From a virus: a DNA stretch of 64,000 nucleotides. Positions 7,699 to 17,300 of this stretch are shown piece after piece; the stretch's first letter is position 1; every line of letters starts with the position of its first letter. The translations under genes and the position numbers were made by a program. The stretch covers positions 5,194-69,193 of IMG/VR virus record IMGVR_UViG_3300045119_000457; one strand, given 5' to 3'. The notes beneath the pieces were generated by a model, which was not told where the DNA came from, ran no database searches, and was given only the letters and a program-made list of their open reading frames with translations.

Positions 7699-9745
7699 TT
7701 GGGATCTTGAAACTGGCTCCGAGGCCGACCTCACCCAGGTCGGTGTCTACGTTTACGCCGCGCATCCGTCGACGCGCGTCCATGTGTTGAAATACACTTT
7801 TAATCGCGCGCGAACGATGCAGACCTGGCACGTCGGCCGCGGCGATCCGATACCGGCCGACCTCGACGCCGCGCTCGACGATCCGGAGATTATGTTCGAG
7901 GGTTGGAACGCCAATTTCGAACGCATCGTGTTTCGCGATGTGTTGCTGATCGACATTCCGATCCGGCGTTTCCGATGCACCATGGCGCGCGCCCGCGCCA
8001 TGGCGCTGCCCGGCTCCCTCGGTCTCTGCGGCAAGGCACTCGACCTCGACTGGCAGAAGGGCGACGACGCCATGATGCGCAAGTGGATGCGGCCGATGTC
8101 GAACGGCCAATGGGCGAGCGACCTCGAAGAGTACGATATGCTGTGCCACTATTGCGGCCTCGACGTCATCGCCGAGGTCGAGATCAGCAAGGTGTTGTGC
8201 GACCTCACCGCCGAGGAATGGGAGGACTACTACCTCACCGAAGAGATCAACGATCGCGGCATTCCGATCGACCTCGAGCTCGCCAAGGCGGCCCAGGCCT
8301 ACGCCGAGGAGGAGCTGCACGACATCCGCGAGACGCTGAACGTGCTGACCCACAGCCAGGTGACGTCGCCCAAACAGTTCGGCCGCATCAAGAAATGGCT
8401 GAACGAGAACCTGCCGCCGCACTGCCGGCTGATGCCCGACGATAATGGTAAGGTGAGCTTCGATCGCGCGGTGCGCGAGACGCTTCTGGCCGCCGACAAT
8501 GAAGACGAGATCACCGGAGACGTTCGTGAATTCATCCAGCTCATCCACGACGGCGGACGTGCTAGCACTGCTAAATTTAATGCGATGCAGAGTCGAGCGG
8601 GGCCCGATGGGCGTGTCCGAGGTGCTTATGTATTTGCGGGCGCTGGACAGACGCATCGGTTCTCGTCGCACGGATTGCAAGTTCATAACTTCGTTCGAAA
8701 AAAGCTTCCGGACGTCGAGAGCGTGGTCGACGCCATCAAGGCCAACGTCCACCCCGACGCGCTGATCGACGTCGCCAGCCGCGACGCGCACGACCGTCTC
8801 TACATTGAGCCCGGCGAATCGGAGCGGCTGAAGAAGCCCTACGACATCATGACCATCCTCAGCCGCTGCCTGCGTCCGGCGATCGTCGCCGAAGAGGGCA
8901 AGCTGCTGGTGTGGGGCGACTGGGAGCAGATCGAGGCGCGCGTGCTGCCCTGGCTCAGCCTGCAGAACAGCGCCAGCGACCTTCTCGACAGCTTCGCCCG
9001 CGGCGAGGATGTCTACACGCGCCAGGCGGCGCTGACCTACAACATCCCGCCCGATCAGGTGACCAAGACGCAGCGCCAGAACGGCGGCAAGATCCCGGTG
9101 CTGGCCTTCGGGTTCGGCGGCGGGGCGGGCGCCGTGCTGTCGATGGCGCGGGCTTACGGTGTCAGCCTGACCACCGAGGAGGCTGAAGATCTCAAGACCA
9201 AGTGGCGCGTCTCCAACCCGTGGGCGCAGCGCTTCTGGCTGCAGCTCGAGATCGCCGCCTACAATGCCGTGAAAGATCCTGGCGTGGAGTACCCTGCCGG
9301 CCGCGTCACTTACCTGTGCGATAAAGACCTGGTGCTGTGGTGCCGCCTGCCATCGGGCAAGCAGCTCGCCTATCCCTACCCGCGCGTCGAAGAGGTGCCG
9401 GGGCGCTTCGGACCGCAATCTCGCGTGACCTGCATGAAGGGCTCGTGGCGACCCAAGAAAGACGAGAAGGAGTGGCCGCGCATGACGCTGTGGGGCGGCC
9501 TGCAGTGTGAGAACATCACCCAGGCCGAGGCCGCCAGCCTGCTGCGCTACGGCGTGCGCGAGCTCCACCGCAATGGCTGGCCACTGATCGGCCACACCCA
9601 TGACGAACTGCTGCTCGAGGTGTTCGAGGACGAGGTCGACGAGGCCAAGGCCGCGCTGCACGACATCATGGTGCGTCCGCCGTCGTGCTTTGACGGTCTG
9701 CCGCTGGCGGCAGAGGTGCGTGCGTCCGATGTCTATGGGAAGTAG
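7685..9745 (+). CDS. polA: family A DNA polymerase with 3'-5' exonuclease domain
   Basis: ExoI DLET, NANFER, YCGLDV; motif A DWEQIEAR, motif B RQNGGKIPVLAFGFG, motif C HTHDE. Confidence 0.95.
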   Translation: MKICNWDLETGSEADLTQVGVYVYAAHPSTRVHVLKYTFNRARTMQTWHVGRGDPIPADLDAALDDPEIMFEGWNANFERIVFRDVLLIDIPIRRFRCTMARARAMALPGSLGLCGKALDLDWQKGDDAMMRKWMRPMSNGQWASDLEEYDMLCHYCGLDVIAEVEISKVLCDLTAEEWEDYYLTEEINDRGIPIDLELAKAAQAYAEEELHDIRETLNVLTHSQVTSPKQFGRIKKWLNENLPPHCRLMPDDNGKVSFDRAVRETLLAADNEDEITGDVREFIQLIHDGGRASTAKFNAMQSRAGPDGRVRGAYVFAGAGQTHRFSSHGLQVHNFVRKKLPDVESVVDAIKANVHPDALIDVASRDAHDRLYIEPGESERLKKPYDIMTILSRCLRPAIVAEEGKLLVWGDWEQIEARVLPWLSLQNSASDLLDSFARGEDVYTRQAALTYNIPPDQVTKTQRQNGGKIPVLAFGFGGGAGAVLSMARAYGVSLTTEEAEDLKTKWRVSNPWAQRFWLQLEIAAYNAVKDPGVEYPAGRVTYLCDKDLVLWCRLPSGKQLAYPYPRVEEVPGRFGPQSRVTCMKGSWRPKKDEKEWPRMTLWGGLQCENITQAEAASLLRYGVRELHRNGWPLIGHTHDELLLEVFEDEVDEAKAALHDIMVRPPSCFDGLPLAAEVRASDVYGK

Positions 9746-9901
9746 CGCAATGTGCGCTGCAGAAGCCCAAGCTATCGAAGTAGTAGAGCGGCGCCAGCAC
9801 CGACCAGGTCCGCAGCGGCTTGGACGGTGCGCCGACATAGTAGTCGTGGTGGTACATGGCGCAGCGCGCGCCGCAGCGCGTGCATATCGAGGGCAGCGCA
9901 A

Positions 9902-11323
9902 TCACAGAGCGATCGCCACGTTGACGGCGATGGTCGGCTGGATGTTGTTGTGAGCACCGTCGCTGCCTCTGGCGTCGGTGGTCAGGAGATTAGATTGTAT
10001 TCCGGTTGTATTGGCCGGCAGGTAGCCCAGCCAGTTTCCTGTTCCGGTGGTGGGGGTGACTAGATCAGAAACTATGACACCGGCATTAAAGAATGCGAAC
10101 ACGGAAGGAGGGGCGCCAGCTCCCACATGGACGTGGTCGCCCACGACATGACCATGAGACGCCGACTCCGCCAAGCTCAACTGGTGGGTCTGTTCACCAC
10201 CTGTGATGCCGGGGCCGGTGTAGCCGTTCAGAATGCCGCGCGCGGTGCCGCTGAGATTATCGCGCGCCGCCATGACGCGTCCGCTGTGATCGGGCAGGGC
10301 CAGGCGCTTGTTGGCAGGAGCTGCAAAGTCGAGCGCGGCGCTGGCACCGCGCGTCGTCAGCACGCCGGCCGACGTGTAGATGGCTAGGCCGGTGTAGTTC
10401 CACAGTATGCTGTACAGGTTCAGGCAGTCAGTGTTGGCGCGCGCGCTCGCACCTGACGCTGCGCTGCCGATCGTCTTGCCGTCGAGCATGACATAGCCCG
10501 GAGGTGCCGTGTCCCAGTAGCCCTCGATGATCGTGCCGGCGGGCGCGCGCGGCGCCGCTGCTGTCGTCTGGTTGGTACCGTCGGGGAAATAATAGCCGCC
10601 GGCCGTGCTGGTGATCACGCCGCCGACCGTCAGCGCGGAAGAGCCGTAGGGCGCCACCGCGTTGATCATGACCTGGTTGTAGGGCGAGGCGCCCAGGCGC
10701 AGCTGGCTGGTGTTGACGTTGAGGCCGTTGGGCGCGCTGAGTGCCGTGCCGTTGATGGCGAGCGTGTCACCGGCGGCGGCGCCCAGGGCGGCGCTGCCGG
10801 TGACGTTGAGGCCGTTGGTGGTGAGTGTCGTGCCGTTCCAGGTAAGCGTGGCGGCGCCGCCCAGCACACCGGCATTGTTGAACTGCACCTGGCTGTCGGT
10901 GCCGGCCGCCACCGGCGAGGTGTTGATGGCCAGGAACATGCCGGCCGCTGTGCCGTCGCACGTCACCAGTGTGTTGGTGCCGACCGGCACGGTGATCACC
11001 GAACCGCCAGCGGCCGAGCTGATGGTGATGGCAAAGCCGCCGGTCGTGTTGTTGCGCACCACCCACAGGCCGCCGACGGTCGAGGGCACGACCAGGTTGG
11101 TGTTGGCGGTCGGCGCGCCCGAGGCGATGATTTTTAGCGGCTGATACTGCGTCGGCGTCAGGACCTGGTTGCCGCTGAGGCCTGTCAGGTTGACGCTGAT
11201 CGCGCCACCCAGCGCCAGGTCGAGGATACTCCAGTCGGCATTCACAGGAATGTTCCAGGAGTTCACATAGTCATTGAACGCCGGCAGCTCGATGCGCTTG
11301 TTAGGACTGAACGTCGAAACCAT
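9902..11323 (-). CDS. tail fibre / collar-domain protein
   Basis: Thr/Gly-rich beta repeats; PAGTI..APPGYVMLDG..LPDHSGR collar domain; HNNIQPT C-terminus. Confidence 0.82.
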   Translation of the reverse strand: MVSTFSPNKRIELPAFNDYVNSWNIPVNADWSILDLALGGAISVNLTGLSGNQVLTPTQYQPLKIIASGAPTANTNLVVPSTVGGLWVVRNNTTGGFAITISSAAGGSVITVPVGTNTLVTCDGTAAGMFLAINTSPVAAGTDSQVQFNNAGVLGGAATLTWNGTTLTTNGLNVTGSAALGAAAGDTLAINGTALSAPNGLNVNTSQLRLGASPYNQVMINAVAPYGSSALTVGGVITSTAGGYYFPDGTNQTTAAAPRAPAGTIIEGYWDTAPPGYVMLDGKTIGSAASGASARANTDCLNLYSILWNYTGLAIYTSAGVLTTRGASAALDFAAPANKRLALPDHSGRVMAARDNLSGTARGILNGYTGPGITGGEQTHQLSLAESASHGHVVGDHVHVGAGAPPSVFAFFNAGVIVSDLVTPTTGTGNWLGYLPANTTGIQSNLLTTDARGSDGAHNNIQPTIAVNVAIAL

Positions 11324-14300
11324 CTAGAGCCCCCTGCCGGCGATCGCCAGCGCCTTGGCCACCGCGTCGTCGGGGGCATTGAGAAGGACCTTGGTGTGGC
11401 GCGCGTGGCGGCGGCGGATCTTATCGGCCTGGCTCACCAACCGGGCGGCGCAAGCGGCGTGATCGCACTTGGCCTTGACCGCGCCACCGGCCGCGTGACC
11501 TTTGCGCTTTCTTTCATCGAGTTGCTGCTGACCAGGCTGCACGACATAGGGCGAGGCGAGCACCATGGGCCCGACACGCTGCCACCAGCGCTGACTGCCA
11601 GGGCCTTCGGCGGCGTACTGCAGCATGCGCATGCCGAGCTTGGGGTCGACCATGCCGGCGCGATAGGCATCCTGAACGCCGTTGATGCCGTGCGCCTTGA
11701 GCTTGCTGCCCAGGTAACCCAGCGTTCCCAATGTGATCGCCGTCCCTGCAGCACTGATCATGGCGCCCGGATGCTGCAGTCCGGCCAACATTCCACCGCC
11801 ATAGCCGGCCAGGCCTGCCAGGCCGCCGAATCCGCTGCTGAGGCCTATGCGCGCGCCCAGGGACGGCGGTGTGACGGGCTGCAGGCTCTCGCCGAGCTTG
11901 GTGTAGAACTGCGTCGGGCTGCCGGGCGAGCTCTGGTTCGAGAAGCGTGCGTGCTGCTGCTGACTGGCGGCGTCCTTTATCAGGCTCTCCAGCACCGGCA
12001 TGTGTTCGGCGCCGAATATCTTCGTGAGCGCCGGGCGATAGTCGTGGAGCTGACCGGCGAGCTTCTGGCCGAACCCCAGGGGATTGTTGCCGGCCGTCTC
12101 ATACATGTGATCCAGGGCAAGTTTCTTGAGCCCCTCGATCACGGCAGGATCGTGTCCAGCGTCATTAAGCAGAGCATTGAGCTTTGACGGACCGTTGATC
12201 TTGTCGCGCAGCAGCTTGCCCATGACGGCCTGCGCCGTCTGGACATCCTCGGCGCCGAGGAAGCTGCGCGCCAGCTCGCTATGGGTGTTGGCGAGGTTAT
12301 CGAACCGTTTGGAGAAGCCTGGCTCGACCTCGTCGATCGCCTTCAGCGCCGGGCCTTTTTTCTGCTTCCACTTATCGAGCGCCGCAGGGTCGAGATGGTT
12401 CTTGTCCATCACCTCGCGCAGCGAGGAGATCACCGCTTCCTTGATCGCCGGCAGAACATCGGGGCCGCCGGCCTCGAGCACCGCCCTGGTGACGTTGCCG
12501 CCGTCGGGACCGTCGGGAAACGCCTTCTTCGGCACATAGGCGTCCTTGACGTTCCACGCCTGGCCCCATTTGTCCTGCTTCAGGAGATCGCCCACCACAC
12601 CTTCGCGGAAGGTCGTGCCGAGCGCTTTCTGCGCAGCGTTGGCTTCCTTCAGGGCGGCGACACCGGCCAGGCTGAGCGGCACTTTCGGTCCCTGGGGCTC
12701 TGCCACGCCGTTCATGAATGCTTCGCGCATTTCGGTCAGCCGGGCTTCCATGGCCGCCTCGGCATTGGCTCCGCGTTCGCCCTCTTTGCCGAATTCCGAT
12801 TCCAGGCGGTTCTTCACGGCGCCATGCAGGTCGTCCCATACGGCTGAGCGCAGCGCCTGGGCGCGTTGGACCTGCTCGCGCATGCCTTCCGTCGTGCTGC
12901 TGCGATTGTTGGCGATGAAGTTGTTGAGGCTCTTCAGATAGACGCGTAGCTGACTGAACTGCACCTCGTTCGGCATCTCGCGGGCGAGGTCGATGTGCTT
13001 GGTCGTCTGCGCTTCCGGCTCGAAGCCCTCGACGTGCTTCATCAGCGCTTCGGCCCGCTCCTTCAGGCCGGGGATCTTTAGCCACTGACTGCCGAACTCC
13101 CGCTCCATGTTGTCATAGAGCTTGGTGCGCGCGGCCTCGGCTTTCGTCTGGGCCTCGGCCAGCGGGTTGCGGATGCCGCCGCCGATCTCATCAATGTCGC
13201 TGGTCTTCGGCAACGCCTTGTTGATGCGTTCGTCGAGCTCGGCGGCGCCCAGTCCCAACGTGTCCTTGACCTCCATGCCGGTAGCGTTGGGATCGGTCGT
13301 GCTGCGTCCTGCCTCCTGCTGCGCCGCCATACGCGCTGCCTGGCGTTCGCCGAGCTGCGCACCTGTTCCGGCTGGATCGGATTTCTCGGCGGCGCGCTCG
13401 CCCAGGGCCAAGCCACGCGACTGCGACAGCTCGCCGATCGTCGGTGTCGCCTCGTCGCGGTCCTTCAGCCAATCAGGCAAGTTGCCGAGCGCCTCACGCG
13501 CCCGGCTGAGGGCGTTGGGAACAGCGTTCGGTTCGTGCGGCTCGGCTTCCCTAATATTCTTGCCGTAACGCTCGGCGGCGGCGCGCGTACGGGCTTCATT
13601 GGTGATCGGTCCCGTGATCGCCCGCCGCGTCGCCAGGGCGCCCTCGATGCCAAGCGGCGTCACCAGACCCGGCACGGCGGTCCAGAAGGGATTGTCGGTG
13701 TGGCGTCCGACGAGCTCGCTGGCAACGCCGCCGGAGCCGGTGAGGGCGATCGGCTTGACGGCCTGTCCCAGCGTCACCGCGCGCTCGGCCAGGGTCGGCG
13801 CGCCCAGGGCGACGCGAGCGACACCTGTGCCGGCCTTGAACTTGCTAGCTACGCCAGGGCCGGCGGCCTGGATGAAGGCCGAGCCGGTCTTGCCCCAGTT
13901 GGTGACCGGCTTGTATTCACCCAGCGTCGGTTTGACGAACTTCTCGTAGAGATCCTGGGTGGTCGGTGCGTAGTGGCCCTCGGGCGCACCCGCTTTCATC
14001 TTGGCGTCCCAGTCCTCCTGGCTCATCCACCAAGGTTTCCCCTGGGCCTTCATTTTTTCGAAAGTGCCCTTGGCTTCTTTGTCGCTTTCGGCGGCCTGCT
14101 CGGCCTTGATTTGCTTGGTGGTCTTGTCGCTGAATACCGATTTGACGCCGGCTTTCATCGTGTCAATCAGGTCCAACGTGTCGCCGGCAAAACCCGGCGC
14201 GCCGAGCCCCATTTTGATGCCTGACGTGCCGACGTTCTTGATCTCGCCATAGGGATCGTCGGTGCCGACGTTACCCAGGACGCCGCCCTGGCCAGGTTCG

Positions 14301-14380
14301 CCGGTCCCTTCGACTTTGCCCCAGTCGCTGGCATCTGTAGATGCCGGCGGCCGTTTTACGGGTTCCCAATCACCGGCCAT
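11324..14380 (-). CDS. large internal virion / DNA ejection protein
   Basis: 1018-aa helical protein at the end of the virion operon, following the SLT-bearing protein. Confidence 0.7.
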   Translation of the reverse strand: MAGDWEPVKRPPASTDASDWGKVEGTGEPGQGGVLGNVGTDDPYGEIKNVGTSGIKMGLGAPGFAGDTLDLIDTMKAGVKSVFSDKTTKQIKAEQAAESDKEAKGTFEKMKAQGKPWWMSQEDWDAKMKAGAPEGHYAPTTQDLYEKFVKPTLGEYKPVTNWGKTGSAFIQAAGPGVASKFKAGTGVARVALGAPTLAERAVTLGQAVKPIALTGSGGVASELVGRHTDNPFWTAVPGLVTPLGIEGALATRRAITGPITNEARTRAAAERYGKNIREAEPHEPNAVPNALSRAREALGNLPDWLKDRDEATPTIGELSQSRGLALGERAAEKSDPAGTGAQLGERQAARMAAQQEAGRSTTDPNATGMEVKDTLGLGAAELDERINKALPKTSDIDEIGGGIRNPLAEAQTKAEAARTKLYDNMEREFGSQWLKIPGLKERAEALMKHVEGFEPEAQTTKHIDLAREMPNEVQFSQLRVYLKSLNNFIANNRSSTTEGMREQVQRAQALRSAVWDDLHGAVKNRLESEFGKEGERGANAEAAMEARLTEMREAFMNGVAEPQGPKVPLSLAGVAALKEANAAQKALGTTFREGVVGDLLKQDKWGQAWNVKDAYVPKKAFPDGPDGGNVTRAVLEAGGPDVLPAIKEAVISSLREVMDKNHLDPAALDKWKQKKGPALKAIDEVEPGFSKRFDNLANTHSELARSFLGAEDVQTAQAVMGKLLRDKINGPSKLNALLNDAGHDPAVIEGLKKLALDHMYETAGNNPLGFGQKLAGQLHDYRPALTKIFGAEHMPVLESLIKDAASQQQHARFSNQSSPGSPTQFYTKLGESLQPVTPPSLGARIGLSSGFGGLAGLAGYGGGMLAGLQHPGAMISAAGTAITLGTLGYLGSKLKAHGINGVQDAYRAGMVDPKLGMRMLQYAAEGPGSQRWWQRVGPMVLASPYVVQPGQQQLDERKRKGHAAGGAVKAKCDHAACAARLVSQADKIRRRHARHTKVLLNAPDDAVAKALAIAGRGL

Positions 14381-17300
14381 CAGGGCGCTCCCTTCGGCTT
14401 GCCTGTTTTGTCGTACTCCTTGCCCGTATCAGCATCCCTGAACTCGCCGGTCTTCTTGTTGCGCTCCAGGTTCTTGACGCCGCTCAGTGCCTCGGGGACG
14501 GTGCTGCCAGTCTCGGTCTGCTCGGTCTTGCCCTGATCGCCAACGCGGCCATAGGTCGGCGGATACATCTTGTTGTCGCGGTAGTACTGATTGCGCCGCG
14601 CCCAGTAGTCCTCGTTGAAGACGTCGCCCTTGTGCAGGTGATCATAGATGCCGGCGTCGAAGTTTGCCTTCGGTAGCAGAACGTGATCGATCATGAACGC
14701 CGCCGCGGCCGCCGACAATTGCGTGCCCGGCGTGTTCTTCAGCACCTGGTCGAAGATGCCCTGGGTTTCCTTGCTGCCGAATCCTGATGCGGCAATCGCC
14801 TGAGCCAGCGCGATCTTGCTCTTTTCGGCAACTTCACGATCAGAGCTGCTGATGCCCGTTATGTAGCGCGCCACGTCACCATTGCCGAGCAGTTGCTGGG
14901 ACAGTTGGGCAAGCGGACCGAGCAGCTCGCCGAGCGGGCCCATCGTGGTTTTCGGATTACCGTTCTCGTCGAACAGCGTGCTCTTGTATTTCGCCAGCTC
15001 CTGCTTTTGAATCTCGGCCGCCAGGGACTGCCCCTGAGCCCACTCGAGCGTCTTCTGGTTCTGTTGGTGCTGCCATTTCTTCTGGTCGAGATCGAAGGCG
15101 CCTGGCGTGGGCTTCACGACTTCCTTGCCATCCTCGGTGACCATCTTGGTGCCGCCACGCGCCGCCTCGCGCAGGCGCTGCGCCTCGGCAGCGGCCGCCG
15201 CCGCTCCTGGTGCATCGCCTAACCCACCGAGCGCCGTCGAGCGGCGGTCCCAGTGTTCGGGATTGTTACGGTCGAACTGTTCTCCCGTGGGCTGTGGCGT
15301 TGCGCCAGCCGCGGGTGGCGGTGGCGCCGGTTTCGCGGTTGGCCCCGGCAGCTTGCTGCTGGGCGGCGGCAGAGGCGCCATTTGCGCCTGCTGAATGTTG
15401 TCGTCATTGACGTCGGCATCGGTCGCCACGGCGGGCGTCGTCACGGCGTCGGGGTCGTCAGTGGCTGACAGGTCGGGAGACAAGCCACCAAAGCGGCGGC
15501 CGACACGACCACCCGCGCGCATGCCGGCGGCACGGCGCTGCGCCTCGAGGCGTGCCTGCAAGTCGTCGTATTGCTTCCGTGCGTCGGGCGGCAGGCCGTT
15601 GCTATCGGGGACGTTGTAACGCTGCAGGATGCTCTTCTGCTCATCCATGATACGGCCCACCGCGGCCTGCGGCGTCTGCTGCGTGCCGGTGGTTTCGGCC
15701 GACGCCGACTGTGTCTTGAACCGGAGCAGCGCCTCCGTGAGCTCGGGTGTGAGGCCCAGGGCCTTGCCATCCAATCCGACGGCCTGCCCGGCACGCGCCC
15801 GCTCGAGAGCCGCGTCGGCCTCACGCAAGCGAGCTGCGCGCTCGGTCGGGTCCTGGGTCGTCATGGCGTTCTGGTAGAGCGCGACGAAATTGTCGCGCGG
15901 TGCGACCTGACTGCTGAAAGTCTGAATCGCGGGTGCCTGGGTCTTGATGTAGTCGGCGTAGCTGCCGGGTGTCGTGTTGATGCTGATCCCGCCAGCTCCG
16001 ACCAGTTGAAGGTTCTTGTTCCGCAACTGGTTGTAGATTTTGTCGTAGGCCGACACGTCGGCGTGCGGATTGGCCGCCAGGACACCAGAGCGCTCACGCG
16101 CGATGTTGGTCATGGCCTCGGTGATCTTGCCGGCCTGAGCGATGTTCTGCGTCTGCTTCTGGATGTCGATGCCCTGCTGGCGCTGGCCCAGCGTGCCGTA
16201 CTGCGTGCCACCAGCCACCATGCCGGTGCCGAGCGAACCCAGGAAGGTGCGTGACGGGCTCGAGAACATGGCACCGAGGCCGGTCAGCAGCGGCACGCCC
16301 CAGCTCTCGTTGCGGTCGATCCAGTCCTTGGACTGGCCCCACAGGCTCTTGGACTCGGGGCTGGCGCCACCCAGGCCGCCAGCCGATGGCTGGACGTCGG
16401 CGGCTGTATCGGCCGGCGCGCCGGGGGCCTTGGTCGAGGCGTTACCGACACCACCGCCACCTTTGCCCGGCGTGCCCATGCGCTGCCCGGACACGACCCA
16501 CAGATGGTTTTTGGTTTCGTCCGGTACGTAGTCGGTCCAGCTACCGCCCTGCTTAGCCGCCTTGGCCGTGGCGTCCTTGACGCACTGCTCGCCGCAATTA
16601 TAGGCCGCCGCAGCCTTGTAAGGATCGTCGGGGAAGACCTGCTCGAGGTGCGTGTACAGGGCGTTGCTGAGCTTCTTGTTGTATGCCTCATCGGTCCTGG
16701 CTTTTTCGGGGCTCCACACCTCACCCGCGAGTTCTGCTGCCTGCGGCCCGCCGCTTGCCAATTGTCCCCAGCCAACCGCGCCAGTCTTTGACGTGATCAC
16801 ATTGCCGTTCGCATCGAACTGGCGCTGGCCGCTCTCCTGAGTGAAGTGGCGACCCCTGATGTTGATCGGATCGTCGAAAGGCTTGTCCGGATCAGTAGCC
16901 GGCTGTTGCCTTTGCTGCCCTGGTCCGGGCGGCTTGGGTGGCGGCGGCGGGGTCGCCGGGGTCGTATCCGGTCGCCAGGTGCCGCCCTGCATGACCAGGG
17001 GCTTGTCGCCGAACAGGGTCTTCGTCCCCTCGGCAACGGGGTAGGTCGGCAAGGAAGCTTCGATACCGCCACCCAGCCCTGGCTGGGCCGGTTGCGGCGC
17101 CTCCACGGCCGGTGGCGGCGGTGGCGGTGGCGGGGGCGGGGGCGCAGCCTGTGCCTGCACGACGTTCGGATCGGCCGCAGGTGCTGCGGCCGGCGGCGCC
17201 GGCATGCCCGGCCCGGCGACCATCTGATCCGCTGCGCCAACGCCTGGTGCGGGCTGTGCTCGCGCCAGCTCACCGCCTTTCAGAATCTCCCGTGCCGCCG

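Noticed and set aside
9666-9905. Cys-rich minus-strand ORF after the last fibre gene
   Set aside because: Overlaps the polymerase 3' end by 80 nt on the opposite strand; plausible but unsupported
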